From: Eledone cirrhosa | Taxonomy: Eukaryota | Assembly (NCBI GenBank): GCA_964016885.1 | Contig: OZ024747.1 | Location: 60,450,001-60,514,000 of the forward strand | DNA: 64,000 nt | Direction of reading: 5' to 3' | Part shown: positions 50,670 through 62,204 of the stretch, one piece after another | Numbering within the stretch: position 1 is the stretch's first letter | How the letters are laid out: each line of letters opens with the position of its first letter | Notes under the pieces: model-generated | What the model saw: only the letters and a program-made list of their open reading frames with translations | What the model was told of the DNA's origin: nothing | Database searches by the model: none | Position numbers and translations under genes: made by a program

Positions 50670-51937
50670 AACATCATCATCATCATCACCACCATCATCC
50701 TCATCACCCTCATCATCACCATCATCATCATCAACATCATTGTCTTCATCACCACCATCATCATCACCATCATCATCAGTCTTCATCACCTCCTCCTCCA
50801 CCACCACCATCATCATCAGCATCATCAACATCATTGTCTTCATCACCTCCACCACCACCACCATCATCATCAGCATCATCAACATCATTGTCTTCATCAC
50901 CTCCACCACCATCATCATCTCCATCATCATCATCGCCATCCTCATTGACCTCATAATCAGTATCAGCATCATCACCATCATCATCATTGTCACCATAATC
51001 ATTACCATCATCCCTATCATTACCATCATCATCATTACCATCATCATCACCAGTGTCATCATCACCATCATCATTATCATCATCATCATCACCACCACCA
51101 CCAAAAACAACACCACCACCACCACCACTGCCACAATCACTACCACCATCATCATTGCCATCACCACCACCACCACCACTACCACCACCACCACAGCCAC
51201 AACCACCACCACCGCCACAACCACCACCACTGCAACCACCACCACCACCACCACCGCAACCACAACCACCACCACCACCACCACTACCATCATCATCATC
51301 ACCACCACCACCACCACCACCGCCACCATCACTACCACCACCACTTCCACCATCACCACCACCACCACCATCACTACCACCACCACCGCCACCATCACTA
51401 CCACCACCACCACCGCCACCATCACTACCACCACCACTGCCACCATCACCACCACCACCACCATCACTACCACCACCACCGCCACCATCACTACCACCAC
51501 CACCACCGCCACCATCACTACCACCACCACTGCCACCATCACCACCACCACCACCATCACTACCACCACCACCGCCACCATCACTACCACCACCACCACC
51601 ACCACCATCACTACCACCACCACCGCCACCATCACTACCACCACCACTGCCACCATCACCACCACCACCACCATCACTACCACCACCACCACCACCATCA
51701 CTACCACCACCACCACCACCACCACCACCATCACTACCACCACCAGCGCCACCATCACCACCACCGCCACCATCACCACCACCACCACCATCACTACCAC
51801 CACCACCGCCACCATCACTACCACCACCACCACCACCACCACCATCACTACCACCACCAGCGCCACCATCACTACCACCACCGCCACCACTACAATCACT
51901 ACCATCATCATCATTACTACTGCCATTATTATTATTA
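50670..51937. repeat. (ATC)n/(ACC)n compound trinucleotide repeat
   Basis: Direct reading; poly-T/P/V ORFs are open in several frames on both strands. Confidence 0.93.
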
Positions 51938-52339
51938 TGTAACGTCCCTTTACAGTCTGAGTTTAAATCCCGTCGAGGTTAACTTTGCCTTTCATCCTTA
52001 CAGGGTCGATAAAATAAAGTACCAGTAATGTACTGGGTAATTGCTGGCCTTGTGCCAAAAGTAGAAACAATTATTATTATTATGTAAATAAAGTACCAGT
52101 AATGTACTGGGTAATTGCTGGCCTTGTGCCAAAAATAGAAACAATTATTATTGTTATGAAACTTTGTTTTCTCTTTCTTTCTTTCCCACTGGTCTTCTCT
52201 TCTTTTTCTTCCTTTCCTCTCTTTCCATATTTATTAAACAAAATAATTGTTTAATATTTCAAAGAAGAGACATCTTCTCTAGTCTTAGAGTTGTCTTGAA
52301 ATTGTCAGGATGGAGAGAGGAAGGGGGAGGGTGTTGTTA

Positions 52340-52805
52340 TTGTGTGTGTGTGTATTTGTTTGCGTTTGTGTGTATGTATGTGTGTGTGTGTGTGTGTATG
52401 TGTGTGTATTTGTTTCTGTTTGTGTGTATGTGTGTGTGTGTGTATATGTATGTGTGTGCATGCATGTGTGTGTGTGTGTATTTGTGTGTGTTTGTGTGTG
52501 TGCATGCATGTGTGTGTATTTGTGTGTTTGTGTGTATGTATGTGTGTGTGTATTTGTGTGCGTGTGTGTGCATGTATTTGTGTATATGTGTGTGTATATA
52601 TGTGTATGTATTTGTGTGTGTTTCAGTGTGTGTATTTATGTGTGCATGCATGTGTGTATGTGCATGTATTTGTGTGTATTTGTGTGTGCACGCATGTATT
52701 TGTGTGTTTGTGTTTGTGTGTTTTTGTATTAGTGTGTGGATGCATGTGTGTGTGTGCACATGTGTGTGTGTGTGTGTGTATCTGTGTGTGTATATCTGTG
52801 TGTGT
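52340..52805. repeat. (GT)n degenerate microsatellite
   Basis: Direct reading; similar tracts at 37320-37720 and 45560-45820. Confidence 0.92.
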
Positions 52806-53844
52806 CTTCTACATTTCATAATTAAACCACATCTCCAGATGGCATTTTTTTATCTAAACATATAAATTGTACATATGTTTCTTTTTCATTTCCTTATTTC
52901 ACTTATTCTTGGAAGCAAACACAGCATTTGATTTTATAGATGTTAGTGAGAATAGTGAGGCTCCAGCAAGCCTGTCTATTTATTTATTTAGTTTTATATC
53001 AAAACTGAACAACCAAGAATGCAGGAGATACACAATAGAAACCATTTTCTCAATGATTGTATTTCTTTCCACTGGAACTTCACTTTAGAAATTAAAAATA
53101 AATCTATATTTATTCACATTTTTTCTTTTTCTGGTAAATCAGTTGGAGTGATTTATGTTCTTCATTTTAACCCTTTTAATATCATGCAGCCTGAAACCAC
53201 TCTTGGTTTCGTTCTGTGATACATAACTATTTCTTTTAAAGTGTTTAGATCTATCTAAAAACCCTCCATCATAATTTTATGAGAGAACCTTGGTCAAGTT
53301 ATGCTCTAAACACTAGTTTATATATAAATCCTTCCAAATTATTGATTATCTGTTAGATACGCAGAATGTTTTAAGTCTGCATGTCTGACATATATGCGTA
53401 GCTTGTGAATAAAAAATTCAAGGGGTGTTGCTGGCCGTGGTGATCCCTCCCAAACATCTTTTGTAATGTATCGTCTTATTGGCTAATTTCATCGTCTTAT
53501 TGGTTAATCAACCAACGAGAGTAATTGTTGCTCAAAAGCATCCGCCACTTTGTTTGCATGTCTATTTATCATTTTGCTTTTGAATCTTCCTCCAGTATTT
53601 CGTTGTTTATCATCAAAATATTTTTTTTCATTTTGGTAAGTCGTATTGTTAATTTATATATGATTTTTTAAATTTATATTAACTATTAAAAGTCTGAAAA
53701 TATTTTCATACATCTTACAATAATATTTATAAGATCATTTATAAAATAACAATTATATAATCTAATTACATTACAACGATAATGTATTATTAATATATAT
53801 CATGTTTAACTAGAGTTATTACAAGTGTTGCCTTAAAAAATATT

Positions 53845-54294
53845 AAACTAGACCTGAAAAATGCGCCAGCTCAAAAGAGCCACAGAATATTATAATAAAC
53901 CTTCAAAAGTTTGGGACTAGAGTTGTTGCTTAAAAATATTGTAATCATTATCTATCGAACACTCTGTGGCATCCTTTTATAAAAAAGAGACTCATAACGA
54001 ACTCAAGACGACACGATAATTATTTAAGTGAATTTATAATATAGAATTCGGTTTAAGTGCATTTCATATTAATCATTACTAAACATCTAATATGAGATAT
54101 TGAACATTAGCTTAAATAATTATCGCGTCGTCTTGAGTTCGTTATGAGTCACTATTTTATAAAAGGATGCCACAGATTGTATGATAGATAATGATTACAA
54201 TATTTTTTAGCAACATCTCTAGTCCCACACTTTTGAAGGTTTATTATAACATTCTGTGGCTCTTTTGAGCTTGTGCATTTTTCAGGTCTAGTTT
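53845..54294. repeat. Long inverted repeat (184-bp arms, 82-bp spacer); fold-back or MITE-like
   Basis: 53845-54028 (aaactagacctgaaaaatgc...gataattatttaag) is the imperfect reverse complement of 54111-54294. Confidence 0.9.
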
Positions 54295-54309
54295 TCAAAA
54301 TTATTTTTA

Positions 54310-54505
54310 AATTGTGGGTTTTGTGTGTGGAGACTTCTGGTCTCCTTGGCCCTAGAGCCACCTCCCTACTCACCACTACCATCAGCACAGAGATGGCTCC
54401 CTGCAGGTGTGAGCCTCATGAGATGGAATGGCTCTTTCAGTGCATTTCCATCAGCATCCTCCAAGGAAACGCCCTCTCTATTCTGTCTGCCGGGTCTGCT
54501 GGGCA
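54310..54505 (+). pseudogene. CRE-clade non-LTR retrotransposon C-terminal remnant
   Basis: LCVETSGLLGPRA...WLFQCISISILQGNALSIL resembles the CRE ET.G..G..A...FQRISV.IQRGNA end. Confidence 0.6.
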
Positions 54506-55219
54506 GCCAGTCCACCAGATTTGTACAGTGGCCTGTACCTGGGCACACATTTGCTCATAATATTGAGAGATAGGGAGAGCGGGAGAGGTGGAGGCAGTGA
54601 CAGTGGGAGTTTTGTTCCTTTGTGTTCGGACCTGGTGTATATGTATATATTTATTTACCACACCACATGTTATATACACACATTAAGCTTTTAGTATAAC
54701 TACTTACATATGAGGAATCAATATTTGATGGAACAATACGGTACTGTCATAGAGAAAAATCTAAACCAAGTAAACCGAGACACATTACTCTCTTGATATA
54801 CGTTGATATACCTTGCTTTATTATCTGTTTAAAGTAACCCCATTAACATTGAATTAGAAATATGATATTGAAAAGGTTAAACCCTTCATCAGCAATTCTG
54901 GTATTTTTATCCTATTTAAACCACTTCATCAACCATATAAAAACATTTCCCTGTTTTCCCCCTCCTCAAAACTAGAGATTGTATATAACAGATTAGATTA
55001 GAGTTAGGTTGGGCTGGGCTGTATTATAAAGCTGACTAGGTTGAAGCCATGCAGGGACATGGTGTACAAAATATTTGAAGAACCTAGGAGCCCATCCATT
55101 GTTTAATAGAGTTCTAGGGTTGAGGGATTTCTGTTTAACAGTAAGTATTTACTATGGTTATATGTAGGAAAGATTTGTGCTCTCAAAGTTTCATGTGATA
55201 CACTAATAGTTACTGTACC

Positions 55220-55502
55220 CAGGGCCGGATTTAATGAGGGGTCTGCATGCCCTCATGCACTGTAAGCCAGCGCATTGAGCCGGTGCTTATCCTTGTTTCA
55301 ATGAGGGGCAAAGGGGGCAATTGCCCTAGGCCAAGTAATTGGAATTGAAAAGTTATATACACAAATAAAAAATTATACATACAGGTAAACTAAAAAGCCC
55401 AGCTGAGAGCACAAATAAATTGCTACGGTTGTTGCTTGTGGGGTTTCCACTGCAGGGGTATTGAGACAATTGCGCCTTTGCTCCCTATTAAATCCGGCCC
55501 CG
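55220..55502 (-). mobile_element. hAT-like MITE with a small internal insertion
   Basis: TIRs cagggccggatttaat / attaaatccggccccg; body matches 10995-11161. Confidence 0.75.
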
Positions 55503-56087
55503 CATAAAGATGATATTCTGGTGAAGAAGATATGGGTAAATTGGTTTGTGTAGAGTCTGTGGAAGTGAATATAAAACATGGGTTATAAGAAGAGGCCTGA
55601 GTGAGTGAAGAGTGATTAAATGAAGGTAGCATGAGACCAGCTGGTTCCAGTGAACAGAGGCCTCAATAGTAGCAGTGAAAACATCAGATTGAGGCGACCA
55701 CATGTCTGTGGGCCAGAGGTTATTACAACAATTCATCTGAATATATAAATATATACAAATTTTGTTCATGAGCTATTGCACTGTTTTGATTAATATAATA
55801 CAATAGATCAATAAGTTCACCCTAGACATGCTAGGAATTGATGCTTTATCCAATTTATCAATAAATTCTGATATCTATTATTTGCTTTCTTCCAAACAAT
55901 GCAGTTGTAAATTATTTTACATAACAAAAATTATTGTTTTTATTGAACTTAGTCAGAAATTGATGTACGTATATTGATTATATGTGAGGGTGATTTATTG
56001 GAGTACAGGTAATATTGAAGTGACAATTTTTATTGTTACTTTGAAAACAAAGGTGGCATTGTCTATCATACTGACCATTATCTTTCA

Positions 56088-57590
56088 CTGTGACCAGAAT
56101 AGATGGTCACACATGTAAAGGAGGGGGTGGTGTTGTCTATTGAACTGTGACCAGCATGGATGGTCACACATGTAAAGGAGGGGGTGGTGTTGTCTATTGG
56201 ACTGTGACCAGCATGGATGGTCACATATGTAAAGGAGGGGGTGGTGTTGTCTATTGGACTGTGACCAGAATAGATGGTCACATATGTAAAGGAGGGGGTG
56301 GTGTTGTCTATTGGACTGTGACCAACATGGATGGTCACACATGTAAAGGAGGGGGTGGTGTTGTCTATTGGACTGTGACCAGAATAGATGGTCACATATG
56401 TAAAGGAGGGGGTGGTGTTGTCTATTGGACTGTGACCAGCATGGATGGTCACATATGTAAAGGAGGGGGTGGTGTTGTCTATTGGACTGTGACCAGCATG
56501 GATGGTCACATATGTAAAGGAGGGGGTGGTGTTGTCTATTGGAAAGTGACCAGAATAGATGGTCACATATGTAAAGGAGGGGGTGGTGTTGTCTATTGGA
56601 CTGTGACCACATGGATGGTCACATATGTAAAGGAGGGGTGGTGTTGTCTATTGAACTGTGACCAGCATGGATGGTCACATATGTAAAGGAGGGGGTGGTG
56701 TTGTCTATTGGACTGTGACCACATGGATGGTCACATATGTAAAGGAGGGGGTGGTGTTGTCTATTGGACTGACCAACATGGATGGTCACATATGTAAAGG
56801 AGGGGGTGGTGTTGTCTATTGGACTGTGACCAACATGGATGGTCACATATGTAAAGGAGGGGGTGGTGTTGTCTATTGGAAAGTGACCAACATGGATGGT
56901 CACATATGTAAAGGAGGGGGTGGTGTTGTCTATTGGACTGTGACCAACATGGATGGTCACATATGTAAAGGAGGGGGTGGTGTTGTCTATTGGACTGTGA
57001 CCAACATGGATGGTCACATATGTAAAGGAGGGGGTGGTGTTGTCTATTGGAAAGTGACCAACATGGATGGTCACATATGTAAAGGAGGGGGTGGTGTTGT
57101 CTATTGGAAAGTGACCAACATGGATGGTCACATATGTAAAGGAGGGGGTGGTGTTGTCTATTGGAAAGTGACCAACATGGATGGTCACATATGTAAAGGA
57201 GGGGGTGGTGTTGTCTATTGGAAAGTGACCAACATGGATGGTCACATATGTAAAGGAGGGGGTGGTGTTGTCTATTGGAAAGTGACCAGAATAGATGGTC
57301 ACATATGTAAAGGAGGGGGTGGTGTTGTCTATTGGAAAGTGACCAACATGGATGGTCACATATGTAAAGGAGGGGGTGGTGTTGTCTATTGGACTGTGAC
57401 CAGAATAGATGGTCACATATGTAAAGGAGGGGGTGGTGTTGTCTATTGGACTGTGACCAGCATGGATGGTCACATATGTAAAGGAGGGGGCGGTGTTGTC
57501 TATTGAACTGTGACCACATGGATGGTCACATATGTAAGGGAGGGGTTATCATCTATGGAACTGTGACCAGAATAGATGGTCACACATATA
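56088..57590. repeat. 57-bp minisatellite, about 26 units, each with an internal hairpin
   Basis: Unit gtgacca-N7-tggtcacatatgtaaaggagggggtggtgttgtctattggact; tggtcac at 56104 and 56161. Confidence 0.97.
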
Positions 57591-57989
57591 AAAAAAAAGG
57601 TGTGGATGCTGTCTATTGGACTGATCACTACCTTTCACATGTGAAGGGGCATGGTTCAATGGTTAAGGTGTGGTACCAACACTACCATTTTACTGTGGTG
57701 GCTGGGGTTGTATTTATTGTGGTATATATATGAATGGGCGTCTGTCTCTGTGTTTATATGTATTAGTGTGTGTGTGTATGTCTGTTTGTATATTTATAAG
57801 TGTGTATATGTGTATATGTGTGTTCATGTGTGTATATATGCGTGTGTGTATGTATGTGAGTGTGTATGCATGTGAGTGTATATATATATATATGTTTGTG
57901 TGTGTGTGCGTATGTTTCTCTGGACAGACATTAGTAATTAATTCTCAACAAATAAGATATGTGTAAAGATATTGAAATATGTGTAGGGT

Positions 57990-58845
57990 GCGGTGGTGGT
58001 GGTTGCTGTGTTGGTGGTGGTGGTGGTGGTGGTTGTTGCTGTGTTGGTGGTGGTGGTGGTGGTTGCAGTGGTGGTGGTGGTGGTTGTGATGACGTTACAT
58101 TGGTTGTAGTGGTTGTGTTATAAGCTGTGGTGGTGGTGGTGGTTGTTGCTGTGTTGGTGGTGGTGGTGGTTGCAGTGGTGGTGGTGGTGGTTGTGATGAC
58201 GTTACATTGGTTGTAGTGGTTGTGTTGTAAGCTGTGGTGGTGGTTGTTGTTGCTGTGTTGGTGGTTGCGGTGGTTGTGGTGGTGGTTGTGGTTGTTGTGA
58301 TGAGGTTACATTGGTTGTAGTGGTTGTGTTGTAAGCTGTGGTGGTGGTGGTGGTGGTGGTGGTGGTTGCTGTGTTGGTGGTTGCGGTGGTTGCAGTGGTG
58401 GTGGTGGTGGTTGTGATGAGGTTACATTGGTTGTAGTGGTTGTGTTGTAAGCTGTGGTGGTGGTGGTGGTTGTTGTTGCTGTGTTGGTGGTTGCGGTGGT
58501 TGTGGTGGTGGTGGTGGTGGTTGTGATGAGGTTACATTGGTTGTAGTGGTTGTGTTGTAAGCTGTGGTGGTGGTGGTGGTGGTTGTTGTTGCTGTGTTGG
58601 TGGTTGCGGTGGCTGTGGTGGTGGTTGTGGTGGTTGTGATGCGCAATCAGGTTATGTTGGTTGTGACATAATAGATGGCATGGTGGTGGTGGTGGTGGTG
58701 GTGGTGATGTTGTTGTTGTTGTTGTTGAGTGGTGGTGGTGGTGGTAGCAGTGGTGATGTTGTTATTGTTGTTGGTGGTGGTGGTGGTAGCAGTGGTGATG
58801 TTGTTGTTGTTGAGTGGTGGTGTTGGTAGCAATGGTGGTGGTTAT
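57990..58845. repeat. (GGT/GTT)n tract with about 5 higher-order 110-120-bp units
   Basis: Recurring gttgtgatgaggttacattggttgtagtggttgtgttgtaagctg spaced by GGT runs. Confidence 0.88.
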
Positions 58846-59300
58846 GTGACAACAAAAACCAGCGGGCAGCCATGTTGTTAGCAGAATTAATATTTATTGG
58901 ATCTGCTCCTTCATTAAAGTTTTGTAAAGATTTCAGCTTGTTTGGTACAATGTCTAAATTGAGGAGATAAAACTTAAGAAGCAATATTGACCAAACAGCA
59001 AAGAATAAACCATTGCCATAGAGAGAATATAGAGACAGTCGATAGAATATCATCATGTATTGAAAGTGGAGAGGTAGGTGGAAGTATGGCAGTCGGGGGA
59101 GAGGTGGAGGTATGGTGGTATAGGTGGGCAGGGGTGTATGTAGGAGTGAAAAATGTAAAAGGAAGATATATAGATAAAGAATATATATATATATACACAC
59201 ACATATATATATATATAGTGCAAATTTGGACGGGAACGAAACAGAGAGGCAGACAAATAAAGGTTTATTAGATATATATATATATTAAATATATAATGTG

Positions 59301-59336
<36 letters not shown>

Positions 59337-59864
59337 ATATAGAGAAAGGAAGGACAAAACCGCCATGTATTGGCGGCGGTGGTGGGCATGGTGGAGAGTA
59401 GGAAAGGTCAGAGCGAACAGAGCTGAGGAATTCTAACAGATTGTAAAATTAATGTAAAAGGAAGAATGGTAAATAACAAATAAGGAAATAAAATAGAAGA
59501 AATAAAAAAAAAATGGCTACTTTAAAAAGTCAACAGAAACAAACGCAGATTGAGATTCATAAAGTAGTTTTATTTCTATTTTTAATTATCATTGTTATTA
59601 TTATTATTACTACTATATCATGGTCATCATCATCATTAGTATTATCATCGTAATTATTATTAGTAGTTGTTTTGTTTTTGATGTTTTAAGGGGCCCTATT
59701 ATTTAATTAGTTGCTGTGTCAACATAGTTTAATTTCCTGTACTGAAACTTTGTTACAAGACACATCTGAGCCAATTCCAGTTCTGTTTAATTTCTGTACG
59801 ATTTTGATTGACTTTTACAGATAATTGCATCACTACACCAAACCCCTCCCCTCCTCTCCTCCAT

Positions 59865-59889
59865 GTATGCATGTGTATATATATATGTG

Positions 59890-59930
<41 letters not shown>

Positions 59931-60054
59931 GTATGTTTCTGTATGTATACATATACATATATATATGTATGTTTCTATATATATATGTGTATGTATATAT
60001 ATATATATGTATGTTTCTGTATGTATACATATATATATTATATATATGTGTATG

Positions 60055-60087
<33 letters not shown>

Positions 60088-60432
60088 CTGTATGTATATA
60101 TATATATAGATATATATATATATGTATATATATATAGATATATATATGATGATGATGTATGTTTCTGTATGTATGTATATATATATATATATATATGTAT
60201 ATGTATGTTTCTGTATGTATATATATAAATATATACATGTATATGTATGTTTCTGTATATATATATATATATATATATAATTATATTTATATATATGATT
60301 GTAATATATATATATTTATTTATATATATATATATATATGTTTGTGTAACATATATAATATATATATACACATGCACATACGTATACAAATACACATATA
60401 TGGGTGCATATATCCATATATATATATATATC

Positions 60433-60485
<53 letters not shown>

Positions 60486-60906
60486 GCATATAGATATACA
60501 CATTTCTTTATATACATACATTGTCAGATATTTCTCTGTGTCTGTTGTATGTGAACTGTATGTTTGGTTAGAAGAAGCTACATGGAAGATGTTGATGTGA
60601 AACCAATTCCAGTTGTACAACTCATATATCACATGTTGTCAATATTCTCCACTAATGAGCAAATTTATAATTAAGATCATTTCTACAAGTTCCAAATAAA
60701 ACAACAATGCAATGATTTCTTCAACATGTTAACAAATTCCCAGCTCTGTGTTAGGATACATAGGTTTATATATATATATATATATATATGTATACACACA
60801 CACATACATATATATATAAATATAAATGTCCCCCACCCCCCACCCCTCAGTCTCAAGCGTGAACCTAATACCTTTCGTAACTGTACACCTTCTTGTTTTT
60901 TACTTT

Positions 60907-60952
<46 letters not shown>

Positions 60953-60970
60953 GCATATATATACACATAC

Positions 60971-61014
<44 letters not shown>

Positions 61015-61015
61015 T

Positions 61016-61069
<54 letters not shown>

Positions 61070-61105
61070 TATATGTATATATATACAAATACATATGTAT
61101 ATATG

Positions 61106-61150
<45 letters not shown>
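59865..61150. repeat. (TA)n-rich compound microsatellites
   Basis: Direct reading; recurring tatgtatgtttctgtatg interruption. Confidence 0.9.
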
Positions 61151-61155
<5 letters not shown>

Positions 61156-61348
61156 AGAAAGTATGACCTCGGCGACAGAGCTCAAGCCATTTCGGCGGCT
61201 ATTTCTGGAGTCCAGAAGTAGCCGTCGAGACGGCTTGAGCTCTGCCGTCGGGGTCATACTTTCTCCTATTACCCACTCTACTACCCTAAGTATTGAGTAC
61301 TCTGGTGCGTTATGGTCCATCTGGTTCCTTACCACAACTCCTCTGTTA
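61151..61348 (+). mobile_element. Fold-back element H2, copy C
   Basis: 59-bp arms 61151-61209 and 61211-61269; tail 61270-61348; (TA)n on both sides. Confidence 0.9.
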
Positions 61349-61436
61349 TATATATCTATATATATGAATGTATGTATGTATTTGTATGTGAAATGTGTAT
61401 GGAAAGAATACAACAGACAGTGAAATTAGTTTCATG

Positions 61437-61507
<71 letters not shown>

Positions 61508-61510
61508 TAT

Positions 61511-61737
61511 AAGTGGTAACACAACAGTTAGTTCACCATACCTAGAACAATTGTTTCACCTTAGCGGATCCTCAGCTCGTAATGGGCATGGTTATCTGTA
61601 TAACCACGACCATTACTGAGGATCCGCTAAGGTGAAACAATTGTTCTTAGTATGGTGAACTAACTGTTGTGTTACCACTTCTACCTAACTCGTCCCATGG
61701 ACTGAGTGCTCTACCACTACGGATATTACCTTCCAGT

Positions 61738-61740
<3 letters not shown>
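61511..61740 (+). mobile_element. Fold-back element H1 with a hammerhead core in each arm
   Basis: About 80-bp arms spanning 61511-61680; CTGAGGA-TCCGCTAAGGT-GAAAC-AATT-GTT on plus (61616-61645) and on minus (61575-61546); tail 61681-61740. Confidence 0.88.
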
Positions 61741-61816
<76 letters not shown>

Positions 61817-61818
<2 letters not shown>

Positions 61819-62200
61819 AGGCACATGGCTTAGTGGTTAGAGCATTGGCCTTGCAATCGAAAGGTTGTGAGTTCAATATTTCAGACCGGGTGATGTGTTG
61901 TTTCCTTGAGCAAGACACTCTATTTCACATTGCTCCAGTTTACTCAGCTGTAGAAATGAGATGATAGGGACTGGGGTCCCTATCATTCCACTGCAAAGTG
62001 GTCGTGGAGGTGCGACGGCAAAAAAGCACCCAGCCCACACTGTAAAAGTGGACGTGTAGGCGCCACGGAAAAAAAGCACCTAGCACTCACAGTAAATGAA
62101 GTTGGTGTTAGGAAGGGCATCCAGCTGTAGAAATCAAGCCAGAATCAGTTCCCGTGCCACCCTTGCAAACAGGGAAAACTGGAAGTATGATGATGATGAT
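61817..62200 (+). mobile_element. SINE family 1, longest copy
   Basis: tRNA head, CORE, RTE-A 3'UTR repeats, RTE-B terminal segment, (TGA)n. Confidence 0.92.
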
Positions 62201-62204
62201 ATAA

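Noticed and set aside
50557-51982. Mucin-, extensin- or formin-like ORFs of 309-461 aa
   Set aside because: Pure (ACC/ATC)n repeat open in several frames on both strands, with no non-repetitive domain.
56088-57590. CRISPR-like array (hairpin repeats at regular spacing)
   Set aside because: The sequence between hairpins is identical from unit to unit, so there are no unique spacers; there are no cas genes and the context is eukaryotic.
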